DNA of 64,000 nucleotides. Source: Octopus vulgaris (taxonomy: Eukaryota). The stretch lies in the NCBI GenBank assembly GCA_951406725.2, contig OX597816.1, positions 144,522,001 through 144,586,000 of the forward strand, given 5' to 3'. The position numbers were made by a program, and so were the translations under genes. Of the stretch, positions 43,700 to 57,462 are shown one piece after another. The notes under the pieces are model-generated. The model did no database searches. It was not told the origin of the DNA and worked only from the letters and a program-made list of their open reading frames with translations. Each line of letters opens with the position of its first letter. Position 1 is the stretch's first letter.

Positions 43700-44085
43700 T
43701 GAAAAAAGAAAATACCTACGAACGAAGTTGACCATATTGAGACCGATGGGTCAAAAGAATATTGATGGAACTCAAAAGTTAAAACAGCATCCAAGTTAAA
43801 ACACAACCGGCCAGATATCGTTGTGTGGGACCACAAAGAAAAGATACGTTCTGTTGTAGAAGTCAGCTGCCCTCTGGACACGAATATGGTTAGAAAAATA
43901 TGAGAGAAAGAGGACATCTAATAGATCACTGATAAGGAGCTTGCTTACCCAATGCCCAAGCTACACTTTCAACTTCATGCCTATTATTATTGGAGCAGCA
44001 GGGTATATACCAATCCGTCTGGAGCAAAGTATGGCTGAATTTGGGATCTTAGGGAATGAGTGAAAATCTCTGTCATCAGTAATGC
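43700..44085 (+). mobile_element. R4/Dong-like (restriction-like endonuclease) LINE 3' fragment
   Basis: Translation KHNRPDIVVWDHKEKIRSVVEVSCPLD...EK fits the PD-(D/E)xK RLE motif, with stops. Abuts a (TACA)n tract. Confidence 0.7.
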
Positions 44086-44129
44086 AGCAGCAGAAGCCCC
44101 ACTGATAATACTGTATATACATGTATATC

Positions 44130-44710
44130 CTTTTCTACACTAGACACAAAGCTGAAAAGTTTTGGGGAGGGGTCCACTCGATTAGATAAACCACAGTACC
44201 CAACCGGTACTTAATTTATCGACCCCGAAAGGATGAAAGGCAAAGTTGACCTCGGCGGAATTTGAACTCAGAACGTAAAGACAGACGAAATACCTATTTC
44301 TTTACTACCCACAAGGGGCTAAATACAGAGAGGACAAACAAGGATAGACAAACGGATTAAGTCGATTATAGCGACCACAGTGCGTAACTAGTACTTATTT
44401 AATCGACCCCGAAAGGATAAAAGGCAAAGTCGACCTCGGCAGAATTTGAACTCAGAATGTAACGGCAGACGAAATACCTATTTCTTTACTACCCACAAGG
44501 AGCCAAACACAGAGGGGACAAACAATGACAGACAAACCGATTAAGTCGATTACATCGACCCCAGTGCGTAACTGGTACTTATTTAATCGACCCCGAAAGG
44601 ATGAAAGGCAAAGTCGACCTCGGCGGAATTTGAACTTAGAACGTAACGGCAGACGAAATACCGCTACGCATTTCGTCCGGCGTGCTAACGGTTCTGCCAG
44701 TTCCAAGCCT
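44130..44710 (-). mobile_element. Nin-domain-like SINE with internal tandem units
   Basis: Same units as 38565-39133; head ends near 44710. Confidence 0.8.
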
Positions 44711-44989
44711 TACTATCTACATGTATATCGAAAGGAGTCAGCAAATTTTCTGTCAGACTGATTTTTCTGTCTGACTGATTTTTCTTTTGAAAGTGGCAAA
44801 GGTTGTCTACAAGTTTTCTGCCGGACTGATATTTTATCTCATGTTATTTTTTTTTTAAAGTGGCAAAGATTCATTGTAACTTTGAACGTGAATAAATACA
44901 TTTTTCATTATTATGTACTGTGTTCTACTACTCTACGGTGACTTTTATCATTTATTTAAAAGGTTCTTGACATACACTTTCAAATACAC

Positions 44990-45981
44990 TTTCTAGGACA
45001 GCACTCTAAACCATATGAGATGTCATCGGGTGTACCACAGGGATCTGTCCTTGGTCCCCTCCTGTTTGTGGCATACATTAATGACATAGATGCCAATTTA
45101 AAGAATGCCACAGTATTAAAATATGCAGACGACATCAAGCTGTACCTTGAAATCAAGAGGACTGATCCTGATGTCTACAACTCTTTCCTGCAATCAGACC
45201 TAGACACAATGCAGCAATGGATCACAGACTGGCAACTGAAACTGGCTGTGGACAAGTGTACCACCATGCATTTTGGGAGAAAAAACCCTGCGTCCACATA
45301 CTCCCTCCACAACACTGATATCAAGAAATCCTCTTGCGAGCGTGACCTAGGCATCACTGTCAGCAGTGATTTGCGTTGGACAAAGCATATCTCTAAAATT
45401 GTCAAGAAGGCCGAGGGTGTCTTGGCATCACTCAGCAAGACTTTTGTTAGCCGCTCTCCAGCCATCTATTTAAAACTGTATACAGCTATGGTACGACCAC
45501 ACTTGGAATTCGCATCATCAGTTTGGAATCCCTATCTTGCTCAGAACATTGACCTCCTGGAATCTGTCCAGAGACGTGCAACCAAACGCATACCCTCCAT
45601 CAGACACCTACCATATTTTGAGCGCCTTGTTTCCCTGGGCATGGATTCACTGAAGCTCCGGCGTCTAGCGACGGACTTGGTAAACACCCACAAGGTTATC
45701 AACCACCTCACCAACAACAACACTGAACACCTTTTTGATCTCCATGTGTCTAACACACGTGGACATGCCTACAAAGTCAGAAAACAGCACAGCTCCCATG
45801 ACTTTCGGAAACATTTTTTCACGCTCAGGGTTGCTGAAGCGTGGAATAAACTGCCTGCATCAGTTGTTGACTGCCATGACACTGCATCCTTTAAGGCCCT
45901 CATGCTTCCCGAAATCCGTCGAAACTACACCTGATTATATATACACTTTAGATGAGTTGTAGTGCACCTGAGCACTGTACA

Positions 45982-46051
<70 letters not shown>
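44990..46051 (+). mobile_element. 5'-truncated CR1-type LINE with (ATT)n tail
   Basis: Uninterrupted 304-aa ORF with SGVPQGSVLGPLLF, YADD, ERDLG, VRPHLEFASSVWNP, LESVQRRAT and TRGH motifs. Short 3' UTR then (ATT)n. Confidence 0.9.
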
Positions 46052-46053
<2 letters not shown>

Positions 46054-47116
46054 ATAGCCTAATATGTTTTCAAAAACAATTTGGTTGTCACGTGGAAAAA
46101 TTTTGTCAGATATTTTACCAGTTTTGGCATGCACTCTCAAAAAGGTTGCACACCCCTGCACTAGATGATCTCGTCTTACCGTGAAATAAAGTCGGCGATT
46201 TTCAATGGATCTTTACCAAATTTCGCTGGGATCCAGATACAACCCAGTCTAATGCACGATCAAAAAATCCGCTTCTCATCTCTCCTTAACTTATAATAAA
46301 GATCAGTAAAGAAAAAGAGATGTAGAACAATTAAAAGCTGTAAAGGGTTAGAAGCAGAGCAGAAGTGTTAGTGTGAGTTATAAATACACCGTCACATACT
46401 TGTATGTACGTACGTACGTATGCATGTACGTATGTATGTATGTATGTATGTATGTATGTATGTATGTATGTATGTATGTATGTATGCATGTATGTATGTG
46501 TTTGTGTGTGCCTATAAAGTTGAAACTGGACTTTCCTTGATTGATAGATTGATAGGATGAGCTGCATTATATGCATTGATTAGATATAAATAACTGGTTC
46601 CAGTAGTCAAGAATGAACATTTCAGAAGTACATCTAAACGTCAAAGCATTGGACTTTCTACATACACATTATATGTATATCTTTATGTCTGTATCTCTAT
46701 CTATGTATTTATACATGCATACATATACATACACATAAATACGTTCATACGTACATACATACGTACATACATACATATATACATACATACATACATACAT
46801 ACATACATACATACATACATACATACATACATACATACATACATACATACATACATACATACATACATACATACATACATACATACATACATACATACAT
46901 TTCTGTCTGAAATCCTAGATGAGCCTACATCGCGGCATGAGTGACAAAGAAGAGCACCTTCGTCCAACTCGCTTCTTCATCAAAAACAGTACAGAAAGGA
47001 GACCCAAAAGCACTGAAAGGTGGTGCCCTAGCATGGCCGCAACTTCTGGCTGAAACCAGTAAAAGATAAAAAGATAAAAGATACAGAAGATTTAAATGCG
47101 AGTTGCTATAGGTTTT

Positions 47117-47168
<52 letters not shown>

Positions 47169-47173
47169 TATAT

Positions 47174-47236
<63 letters not shown>

Positions 47237-47239
47237 TAT

Positions 47240-47274
<35 letters not shown>

Positions 47275-48106
47275 CAGGGTGTGATGGGTAAATTGTCGCT
47301 ATTTTATGTTTTTAATTTCGCGCATGCACATTGTTTTTTTAATTTTGTTGACTACACAGTATAGTAGGGTCAGTTGGGCATCGTCTGTGAGATAAACAGC
47401 ACCATGACACAATTCACTCTGCCAGAAATTTAGAAACAACATGCTGTACTGCTTGGCATTCGTGTCGGACGCTCCAGAGTGTCTGGGTGACAATGCGAGG
47501 GCAGTGCAATCCGAGAACATGTAGCGAGAGTGATAAAAATCAAACATCCAGTCAACATCATGGTGTTTTGATCACTACTGATAGCGACGTTATGTTTCCA
47601 TTCATCTTTCCACACTCAACATGCAGGCCTACATCAAGTGCCTGGAGGAGGCAGTGCTGCCCTGGGTCAAGAGAGTGGCTGCTGGAAGGCCCTACGTCTG
47701 GTAACAGGATTCTGCACCATGCCACACAAGCAGAAGAACCCAGTCATGGCTGTCAGACAATTTCTGCGACATCACCCCTAACATCTGGCCACCTAACTCC
47801 CCACACTGTGGGGCGCAGTTGAGCGAGAGGCCAACAAAGCACCTTGTAACAGCAAAGATGAACTGAAGGCAAGGATTATGGCAGCATTCACCAATTTAAA
47901 CAAGGTGACCGCCCAGAAGAGTTTTAGGAGATTCCGATATCGCCCGGAGGCCGTAGTTGAAGCCAATGACGATTTTATTGAATAAATTTACTTTAGTATT
48001 TCAAGATATTTTAATGTAATTTTGGTAAATATTTGTATTAAAATGAGATGTCAGTATTATTTTCATTTTTGCGTAATTTAGATGACAGTTTATTCCCTGC
48101 ACTTTG
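47275..48106 (+). mobile_element. Deleted Tc1/mariner-superfamily element, maT (DD37D)-like
   Basis: Degenerate TIRs cagggtg...taaattgtc / gacagttta...cactttg with TA flanks. Remnant motifs KHPVNIMVF, QDSAPCHT and WPPNSP. Confidence 0.7.
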
Positions 48107-50870
48107 TATATATGCATGTATGTACGTATGTATGTTATGCATGCATGTGTGTGTCTTTGTGTTTGTCCTCCACTACCTCTTGACAACCGGTGTTTGTTTG
48201 TTTACGTGCCTATAATACAGCAGTTTGGCAAAAATAAACTTTATTCCAATCCTTTATAATCTCCCATCCTGAGCTACGGTTATTTATGAAAATGCCATTT
48301 TTGTCCATGACCAACTTCATCACGATTCTTCTGGTGAGCTTGGAAGGTAATCAATATTTTGTCTTGCTCAAAGTAGAGTCCACTAGCCCAATAGTGTTAG
48401 AAAAACCTCTGATAATTCCATTAAGTTATCTTTAAACATTTTTGAGATACAAAGGTTCGAAGTTGAACCTAAAATTTGAACAATTTTGCTGGTACACCCG
48501 GTACATCTACAATTCAAATCTGTTTTCCAGCCATGTTTCCCTTCTGACAACAAGTAAAATTGAATGCTAATCCGTTCTTGTAAAAGCCTCACCCAATTTT
48601 AGCTATGCATAAGTCTAAGAAATCATTTTAAAAGAATGTTTGTTTGACTGAATGGCTTTCTTTTCTTTTATTTATTGCAATTATTTTGGTATTCAAAAAG
48701 TTTCCAGTGTAGATAGAGTAGTGCTTATGATGTTTACAGGCTACCACTGACTGGTGAGATTGATGCAGTTAGTGTGTTGTTCGAACAAGTGCAGGATGGT
48801 GTCTGTGAGAAAAATGTGATTGCAGAGGAAATTCCAGAGCGTTTTAATTCTGTTAAAGAGCAAGTAGGTGAGGTAGTTTGCGCAAGGTTTATAATATGAG
48901 ACACGGGAGAATTAGAATAGGCAGAGAGGAAAAACAACACATCTGTGAACAAGTGGCTGTCATATGAATCATCATCGCTGTGTCAAATGGCATACTTTTG
49001 GATGCAACCTAAGATGTTTACTCGGCAGGATTTTTAAGCTGCAACTCTATACAAAATATATGAACAGTACTGTAATGTGAATCTCACTTGAGTTTTTTAG
49101 TGGGTCAACAAAAAGTTAAAGCTATGTAATTTCCCGAATCAAAGGCGAGATCCTAATCATTGTGATGCATTTTCGACATAGTACATATTTGGAATTCCCT
49201 ATGAGAGATCTCCAGAGATTGTGTGGCTTAGCATTTGAAGAGGCTCTAAGTGTTATTCGTAACTCATGACTGGAGAGTATGACATAAACAAATTCCTTTC
49301 GCTACGTTTATTTTTTTGCATAATCATCATCATCATCATCATCATCATCGTTGTCGTGATCGTCGTTCTTTTCCCCTTCTCTTCTCGGTTTGGTTGATTT
49401 TTATGAAGCAGTAGTTCATGACCGGATGTAACTTCCTATCGCCAACTATTTTAGTCTCCCTTTACGAAATAAAGGAACGTGGTGTGCCAATTCTAAAACT
49501 AAGGTTCATATTCGAAACCCAGAAAAGATTGAATCAAATATTTCTCTTCCTTGATGCATTTCATAGAAAAAATATCATGGAAATTAGCAAGAGAAATATA
49601 TGCGTCTTCAGCAATCGGCAAACGAAAGGACAGACTAATAATATGTCATACATTTATTAAACCACAGTTTCTAATATTATTTACATAGCAAACTTGTTTT
49701 GGCTGGAACAGTATAATTCTTGTAATTTTTATTTGTGCCATTAACCCATCGCATTGAATTTGTAAATATTTAATGTAAATTGCTGAAACCTAACCTTTAT
49801 TTTACTCTATGTATAAATCAAATGTAAGGCAGAGATATTTAATCTCAGTTTGGAAACTTACATTGCAATTTCTCCATTTATCAACTGACATTTTAGAAGA
49901 ATGAAATAACAGTTGACAGGAGGAGACTGGAAATTGCGCAATTAAATTCTATTGTGATAATTCCTTTACATTTGCATATATTTTATTTCAAGCATGAGAT
50001 TGCATCACCCAAAAGAGTATGGACTACCATTTGCATCAGACAATTCGCCACAACGCTAAGATAAAAAGAAACATTTTTATTACATATTAAAACGTTTTTT
50101 TTCTGAAAGTACATCCTCTGTAAATATCAAGATTTACAAGTTTGTTCAACCCAAATTAACATGGTGTGAAATCTAAAATTGTAAAACAAATTGCATTCGT
50201 TTACAATGAATAAATTCAACTGTCACTTTTTTTTCATTTCTTTTAATTTTCTTTAACCTCAGGTCAACCCTAACCAAGTAAACTTAGATACCAAACAGAT
50301 ATAAGTTCTGGTAGGTATATGGGATGTGTTATGATCGACTAAAAAGCCTTTGAAGCTGGTACCGAAGTCTGGCCGAGGTCCGATGACTGAAACGAGCAAA
50401 AGAAATATCATTCTGTTGAAAGGAACCAAGGAGGAATGTCAGCTTCTGGATATGTAATGTAACTGGTTGTCTTTAGCAGAGTTCATTCTATTGCGAGCAT
50501 TCGAAATATTTTCCTGCAGACGTTGTCTCTTTTTCTCTCTGTTGTTGGATCCTGAAGAAGGGGCGGTGTTCACGGTCTTCGCAGGTTCTCTGAGACCGGT
50601 AAGAATGATGTCGTTTATGTTCTACTTGAACTGTTGCAAGCCTCAGAAAAGACACGAGCAGGAAGGATGAACATTCCAGAATGATGACCTTCTAGGAAGG
50701 AACTCGAGACCTGGGCTGAGGTATGTGGGCGCAGTATGGGCGATAGCAAAAGCGGAGACGAACGAATGAGCGGTGTGTACCTGAGTGGTTGTGACCAGCT
50801 AGTTCCTAAGAACAAAGGCTTTTGTAATATAGATAGAAAAGGCAGAAAGAGTGAGAGTGAGAGGGGGAAG

Positions 50871-50904
<34 letters not shown>

Positions 50905-51282
50905 ACAGAGACAGAGAGGAGCCAAGGACTGAAGAGTGACTTTAAGTGATTTTTATCCAATTAAACGAATGAATATGAATAGAGCTTCACATTAAACATC
51001 GATCGCTGGAATCTTGTCAATCTAGGAATGCACTATATAGGTAATCAGTATTACCCCTCTCCTTGTGACGAAGTTATAAGACCCAAAATATATGGAGAAA
51101 CTGAGTTGTGAACTAACGGTCATTTCCAAAATAAGAACAAACTGAATAAAAAAGGACCACGAAAATAAATGTAGGCTTCAGGACATGTGATTCGACTATT
51201 AAAATCAGACTGAAGTGAATAGAAGCTGAATGCGAGCAACTGGCTTGGAAATACGACAGTAAATGACAGAGTAAAGTCAAGT

Positions 51283-51316
<34 letters not shown>

Positions 51317-51719
51317 GAGAGAGAGAGAGGGAGAAAGAGAGAGAGAGAGGAGGGAGAAGGAGGATAAAGAGTGAAAGAGAGGGAGAGAGAAGCAACTGAG
51401 AAAAACAGATTGTGTAAGAAAAACGATTTCAGCGAAAAGCCAAAATATTATAGCTAGTGGTAGATGATAGCTGTAATATCCAAGGAAATAATAATTTCGA
51501 AGAGCGAAGATAGTGACGATGGTGATGACGATTGTTGTTGGTGGTGATGGGGTTGGGAAAAGTGATTGTGGTGATGACAATTGTGAGACTGATGCTGGTT
51601 GTAAAAATGATGATGATGCTGAGGGGGGGTGGATAGGAGAATGGTGATGACGGCGACGATGACCTAGATATAACAAAAGTAGTAATAAGAACGGCTATGA
51701 TGATGACCATCCAGTAATA

Positions 51720-52740
51720 ATATTCCATAATGGTCCTCAGCTCCTGTACCCCTTCCATACCAGTATCCTCCAGCAAGTTATCGATATAGTTTGTCTTCCT
51801 CCTTCCTCTCCTGGTTCTTCCTATCGTTGGATGCCAGAACACTAGCTTGTTAGCAATTTCATTGGTTTGTCTGATGCAGTGTCCAGCTGATCTCATCCTT
51901 CTATACTGTATCTTCAATGTTACTTTTAGTAGTCCCTGGTATAAGTCGGCGTTTATTGTATGACTCTTCCAGGAGACATTGAGTGCCATTCTAAGCATCC
52001 TCGTATAACAACCGTCCAACTGCTTCTTCAATGCTTTAGTGAGCGTCCAAGTTTCAGCCCCAAGAGCAAACTCCACTATTGCCAGAAACAACATCACATT
52101 CAATTTCCATGCTAACTTTGAACTCCATACCTTTCTCAATTTATGGCATGCGCTCCAGGCAAAAGCTTTCCTTGCTACGGTGTATTTTTCAGTACTTCGT
52201 GTCCACACACCAAGGTATTTGAAATTTTCAACTACCTTGAGCGACTTACCGTCTCTCACTTCCACTGACAGGCATTTCGTAGTTGAATACTTGCAGCTCT
52301 GTTTTCTTTGGGTTACAGTACAATCCTATCTTTCCCGATTCCTGCTCTAATCTGCTCAGCACCTCCTGTACCTGATCTGTCCTCTCTGTTAGTAATGCCA
52401 GATCATCAGCATAGTCTAGGGCAGTTACTATTACTGCTTGATGCCGTCTACTTCATTGTCTACGCAGTTTGAATCCCAGTTCTTCTTCCTTGTCCTCATA
52501 CGGTCTACGCATTACATAGTTCAGAACGATGGCGAAGAGATAAGGTACTAGCGTGGTGCCTTGTAATACTCCGGCTTTGACTTCAAAGTGTTCCGTCTTT
52601 CCATCAGGAGTGATCACTTTCGCTCTGGTGTTCGCATACAGCATATTTATTGCTCTCAGAATTCTTGGTGGAATATCATATGCTTTAGGTATCTTCATCA
52701 TCATTCCGCTAATCAAAAGCTTTTTTAAAGTCTGCATAGA
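51720..52740 (-). mobile_element. RTE-clade LINE RT/C-terminal fragment
   Basis: GVLQGTTLVPYLF, DYADDLALL (~52390-52417), VENFKYLG, GAETWTLT and RMRSAGHC motifs, with frameshifts. Confidence 0.85.
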
Positions 52741-52939
52741 TAATGATAGCCTTGACAGTGATGTTGCTTATTAAAACTGCAACATCATTGATATTTTACT
52801 AACAACTAGCTTTCTAAAACATATTTGTCATCCACAACCCTTTACGTCACTCAGCTTTTTACAAAAACTGCTTTGTTTCCTTCATGTTAAAATATATGTT
52901 ATTATTTTTGTTGGCAAAGAGCTTGTCGCCCTTTGTGAA

Positions 52940-53570
52940 CAACTGGGATCGATATAATCGATTTATCCCCTTCCCCCAAATTGTTGACTTTGTGCCAAAA
53001 ATTGAAAATATTATTTTTGGTTGGTAAGAGGTGGCGAGCTGGTAGAATCGTTAGGACCCTGGAGAAAATGCTTAGCGGTATTTCGTCCGTCTTTATGCTG
53101 AATTCAAATTCCGCCGTGATCGTCTTTGCCTTTCATCCTTTCGGGGTCGATAAAACAAGTACCAGTTGAGTACTGAGATCGATGTAATCGAATTAACCCT
53201 CCCCTAAAATTTCAGACCTTGTGCCTCTAGTAGAAAGGATTATTTTGGTTGATAAATGCCGTCGAGGTCGATTTAGCCTTTCATCTTTTCGGGGTCGATA
53301 AAATGTGTTACCAATCAAGCCCTGTGGTCGATGATATCAACTCATCCCTTCCATCAAAATTTCTGAATGCATTTATTACGGTTTTAGGTTCTGAGTTCAA
53401 ATTCCGCCACGGTCGTCTTTGTCTTTAATTCTTTTGGAGTCGGTAAAATAAGAACTAGTCGAGCACTGGGGTCAATGCAATAGACTGCCCCCTTCTGCCA
53501 AAATAAATACATAAATAAATAATAAAAATTTTCGGCCTTATCCCTATAGTAGAAAGGATTATTTTGGTTG
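52940..53570. mobile_element. Cluster of Nin-domain-like SINE fragments
   Basis: Head ggtggcgagctggtagaatcgttag at ~53030 and repeated ctttcatcctttcggggtcgata cores. Confidence 0.7.
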
Positions 53571-54837
53571 GTACACTCCACCCGTCACCCGGTTTAACAC
53601 CACCACCTAGATCTTGAGTGACTTTAGCAGAGTTCTCTTTGATACAAGTATTTAAACCTGACAGCTGATCTGAAAATAACTTCTTTCCTTCTTCCCATCA
53701 GTTTCAGAGTCCCAGTTACAAATAGGGTTCTGGGTACTGTCCTTCTTTCTCTGTCTAAGCCTTTTAAAAAAGAGAAAGGACACCATATAATCTCTCTTTT
53801 TTGTTCGAGGTCTTTGCAACATTGTTTTTTAATCATTCTCTGCTCTTTTAAAACGATGGCAGCTGTTGATGTTTAGTCCCAGGTCAACCATGATGTGGCA
53901 GATCTATGATCAAAAGTATTCTGGCCATGACCTCCTTCAAAGCCTGGTTAGGTTTTCTAATATTTAAATTTATTTCATTCCTTCTGATTTACGCTGTTGT
54001 GTACGAAACATATATTAATAAGTGATGAGCCTTTAAAAGCAACACTATGTAAATTTAGCTGTCCACTACGGTAAATGCTTAATTTACAACAGCGTTAAAC
54101 AGTATTATTACTGTCTATTGAATACTACTCAACGACACTGTATTGTTTAAAGTATATAGAATATTCAATGTTTATTTTATAATGTTTACTGCAACTGTCG
54201 TTACACGCACATATACACCATACATACCACACATACACAGTTACTTGCATATGCACACGCATACACTAACATACATATATATTCATGTGCGTTCACACAT
54301 AAACTTATCTGCACATACATTCATGCATACACTCACACATTCATGCATGCATAAGCAAATACAGAAACACTCACACATACGGACACACTCGTACACACGG
54401 TCTCCGAGAGAGGTTTTTCAAGATGAAACAAGAGTGCCTTCAGGCACTCGAAGAGTGAGCGCTCCCAAAATTTAAGAGAGCTGTGAGGATTTGGTGGAGT
54501 AGGAGCTTATCGGATATTCATGGTCTCCTCCCAGGCACCGTTTCGACTTATGGGCTGAACTCTGCCTCCTATAGGCCTTGCTCAAGCACATACACACACG
54601 CGCACACCTGTATGTACTCACATACGCATAAACAAGCTCGCTCACACGCGTATTTGGTGGTGGCGTAGAGCCTCAACTCTTGATGGAGTTTCCGTTGTGG
54701 TGCCATGGAGACGTACGGTGTGCTATAGGCACTTGAAACCTGTTAGAAACCATCCTTCCCCATGGCCCAGCACATCTGATATCTTCCAGAGAGAAACTGT
54801 GTGCATGTGTGTGTATGTGTGTGTGTGTGTGCGTGAA

Positions 54838-54882
<45 letters not shown>

Positions 54883-55104
54883 AAGGGAAAAAGAGAAAGA
54901 AAAGGAAAAAGAGAGAGAAGACTCGACACCAGTATTTGACTGGTATTTTACCAATCTCGAAAGAAAATGAAAAGCAGACCTTCGGCCTGATTTGAACTCA
55001 GAGTGCGGGGTTGAAAACCGGAAACCATTCTAACTGATACTCACATACTTGCTCAGCACTCCTTATAATATTCTGTAGTAATTGTTTAACCCACTTCAAC
55101 AGTG

Positions 55105-55490
55105 ATCGAACATCCAACAAAGAACTGCGCGCGCACCCATATCAGCCTGCAGCCTCTCACCTCAAAGCTATCCGCTGCATGCGCTGGTATGGACATGTCC
55201 CCCACCACCCGCCAGATCATCCTACCAGGGCCTTACTCTCATTCGGCGCAGCAGCTGCGGGCTGGAAAGGGCCCTGTGACACGCCCCGCGCCAGATGACT
55301 AGGCGTAATTAAGGAAAATCTCAAGACGCTCGACGTCATTCTGGAGGATGCCGAAGGGCTGGCACGGGACCGCCAGCGATAGGGAGCTCTGGGGGACCTG
55401 GTCGGCTCTATGCATGATGACGCCTCTGGGATCACTAACCTAGGATGATCCCCACTCCATCAAGCAAGAACATCAAACAAGCAAGCCAGC
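55105..55490 (+). mobile_element. RTE-like LINE 3' end
   Basis: MRWYGHV motif (55179-55199), GC-rich body and (caag)n-like tail. Confidence 0.5.
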
Positions 55491-56660
55491 AAAGAAGTAT
55501 CCCAGTTATGACAATACAGTAAATTTTTTCCTACATAATGTATCCTGCATCATATTATTCAATGTGTTCCTTTTCTTTTAAAAGACAGGGTGTTGGTTGA
55601 GGGAGATTCAACTGCTATTTCTTACAAATTAAGTCATCCCACTAAGGATCCTTTGTTGACTCGTTATATTGTTCTTCATTCTTAATCCATTCAGAAAACT
55701 ACAGGTTTCTTCTTTTCACCTTCTTTTAAATATTTTGTTATTAGATTAATTTTTGCACCAGAATCTTCAGGCTTTTCTTCTGTTTTTGTTGCTTCTTATG
55801 ATTTCTACTCTTAATTTTCCCATCGTTTCATGACAATCACTTTATATATGAGTGGAAAAAACACTCATTAGAAATTTACCTGGAAAAAAGCGCTTACTTG
55901 CTCGCTTGCTTACTTGCGTACTATCTACTCCCCCACTCTCTCTCTCTCGATATACGACTAGCTGTGATGAGCTTCTGACAAGCCAAATGTCCGATCTTAG
56001 TTTAATATCTGATTTATTATTTCATTGTGATCTCTTCACGGATGTCCCGTAAAAATAAAGAAAAGATAGAACAAGAAATGAAGAAGGAATGAATGTCACA
56101 CCCTCACTATCAGTCTTGCAATCCGTCCCTAAATCGTCATCAACTGGTTGTTGTGGAGATGAGTTAGAATAATTCAACGGATAGTAGAGTAATAAAGGAT
56201 TTCAGTATTCAGTTTTGTCTCTCAAAATATTTCTGCCTTACATGAAATAAGTTTCACATGTAATTATAGAGTTCAGTTCAATTCTTTACAAATATGAGAG
56301 CGCGAATTGATGTAAGTTTCTTTCTCTAACATTTTACATAGTTCAGTCTACACAAGTTAATATGTGAAAACAAAAATAGGGACTTTGAAACAAGTATTCA
56401 TAAAATTAGTTTTTAAACATCGAAATGGCTGTGGGGTCCACCAGAATAAAATAGCAATGAAAGGGGTCCTTAGATAAAATGTGGTTGAGAACCCCTGGTC
56501 TAGTTTATGATATTCGTCTACGCGTCGTAAGGGACTTTCTGCATTATTTCTTTATTGCTTAATTATAACTTTGGTTTTCAGAAACTACGATTTCTGTAGA
56601 ATAAAACGACAGGAGATGAGTTTATAAAAATTGTTCCTAAATAAAAGCAATTAATAACAG

Positions 56661-57462
56661 ATAGGCGGAGGAGTAGCTGTGTGGTAAGAAGCTTGCTTCC
56701 CAACCGCATGGTTCCAGGTTCAGTCCCACAGCGTGGCACCTTGGGCAAGTGTCTTCTACTATAGCCTCGGGCCGACCAGAGCCTTGTGAGTGGATTTGGT
56801 AGACGGAAACCTAAAGAAGACCGTCGTGTGTGCGTGTGTGTGTGTTTGTGTGTGTGTGGATGTGTTTATATATATATATATATATATACGAGCAAAACGC
56901 CCCCCGTCCAATGGACGGTGCTGAGTTGTCAAATATTTAAACCAAATTTTCTCAAAACAACTTGTCCGACCGTCCCATAGGCCTCTCCTTTGAGAAACAC
57001 TGATTTAACCTAAAAGAAGAAGTAAATATAGACTTTTTCTCGCGTACGCGTAGTATCGAACGCAACAGCTGATGTACTTGCGTGTACAAATGCACGTTCC
57101 CACGGCTTTATCGATCGCATTCTCACCTGGAATCGATTTTTGTAATTTTTTCAAGACTTATACACGTTCTGATACCGTCGGTATCTGCATATCAAATTTG
57201 AGCGCAATCGGATGGAAGATGCCCGAGATCCTTGAAGACACACAGACAGACAGAACGGATTTTATATAATAGATGTATGTGTGTGTGTGTGTGTCTTTGC
57301 TGTTTGTGTCTCTGTTTGTCTCCCCCACCACCACCATCACTTGACAACCGATAGTATATGTGCTAGGCTTACAAATAATAAGTCCTGGTGTCGATTTATT
57401 CGACCACAGGTGGTGCTCCAGCATAGTAGCAGTCATATGACTGAAACAAGTAAAAGAGTAAT
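56661..57462 (+). mobile_element. CORE-type SINE split by a mini-Helitron
   Basis: Head at 56661-56825 and tail at ~57295-57462. Confidence 0.8.
56889..57273 (-). mobile_element. Non-autonomous Helitron (~385 bp)
   Basis: Minus strand begins A|TC, carries (ctgt) repeats near the 5' end, has the hairpin ccgtcca-t-tggacgg ~15 nt from the end, and ends CTCG|T (CTRR variant). No TSD. Confidence 0.7.
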
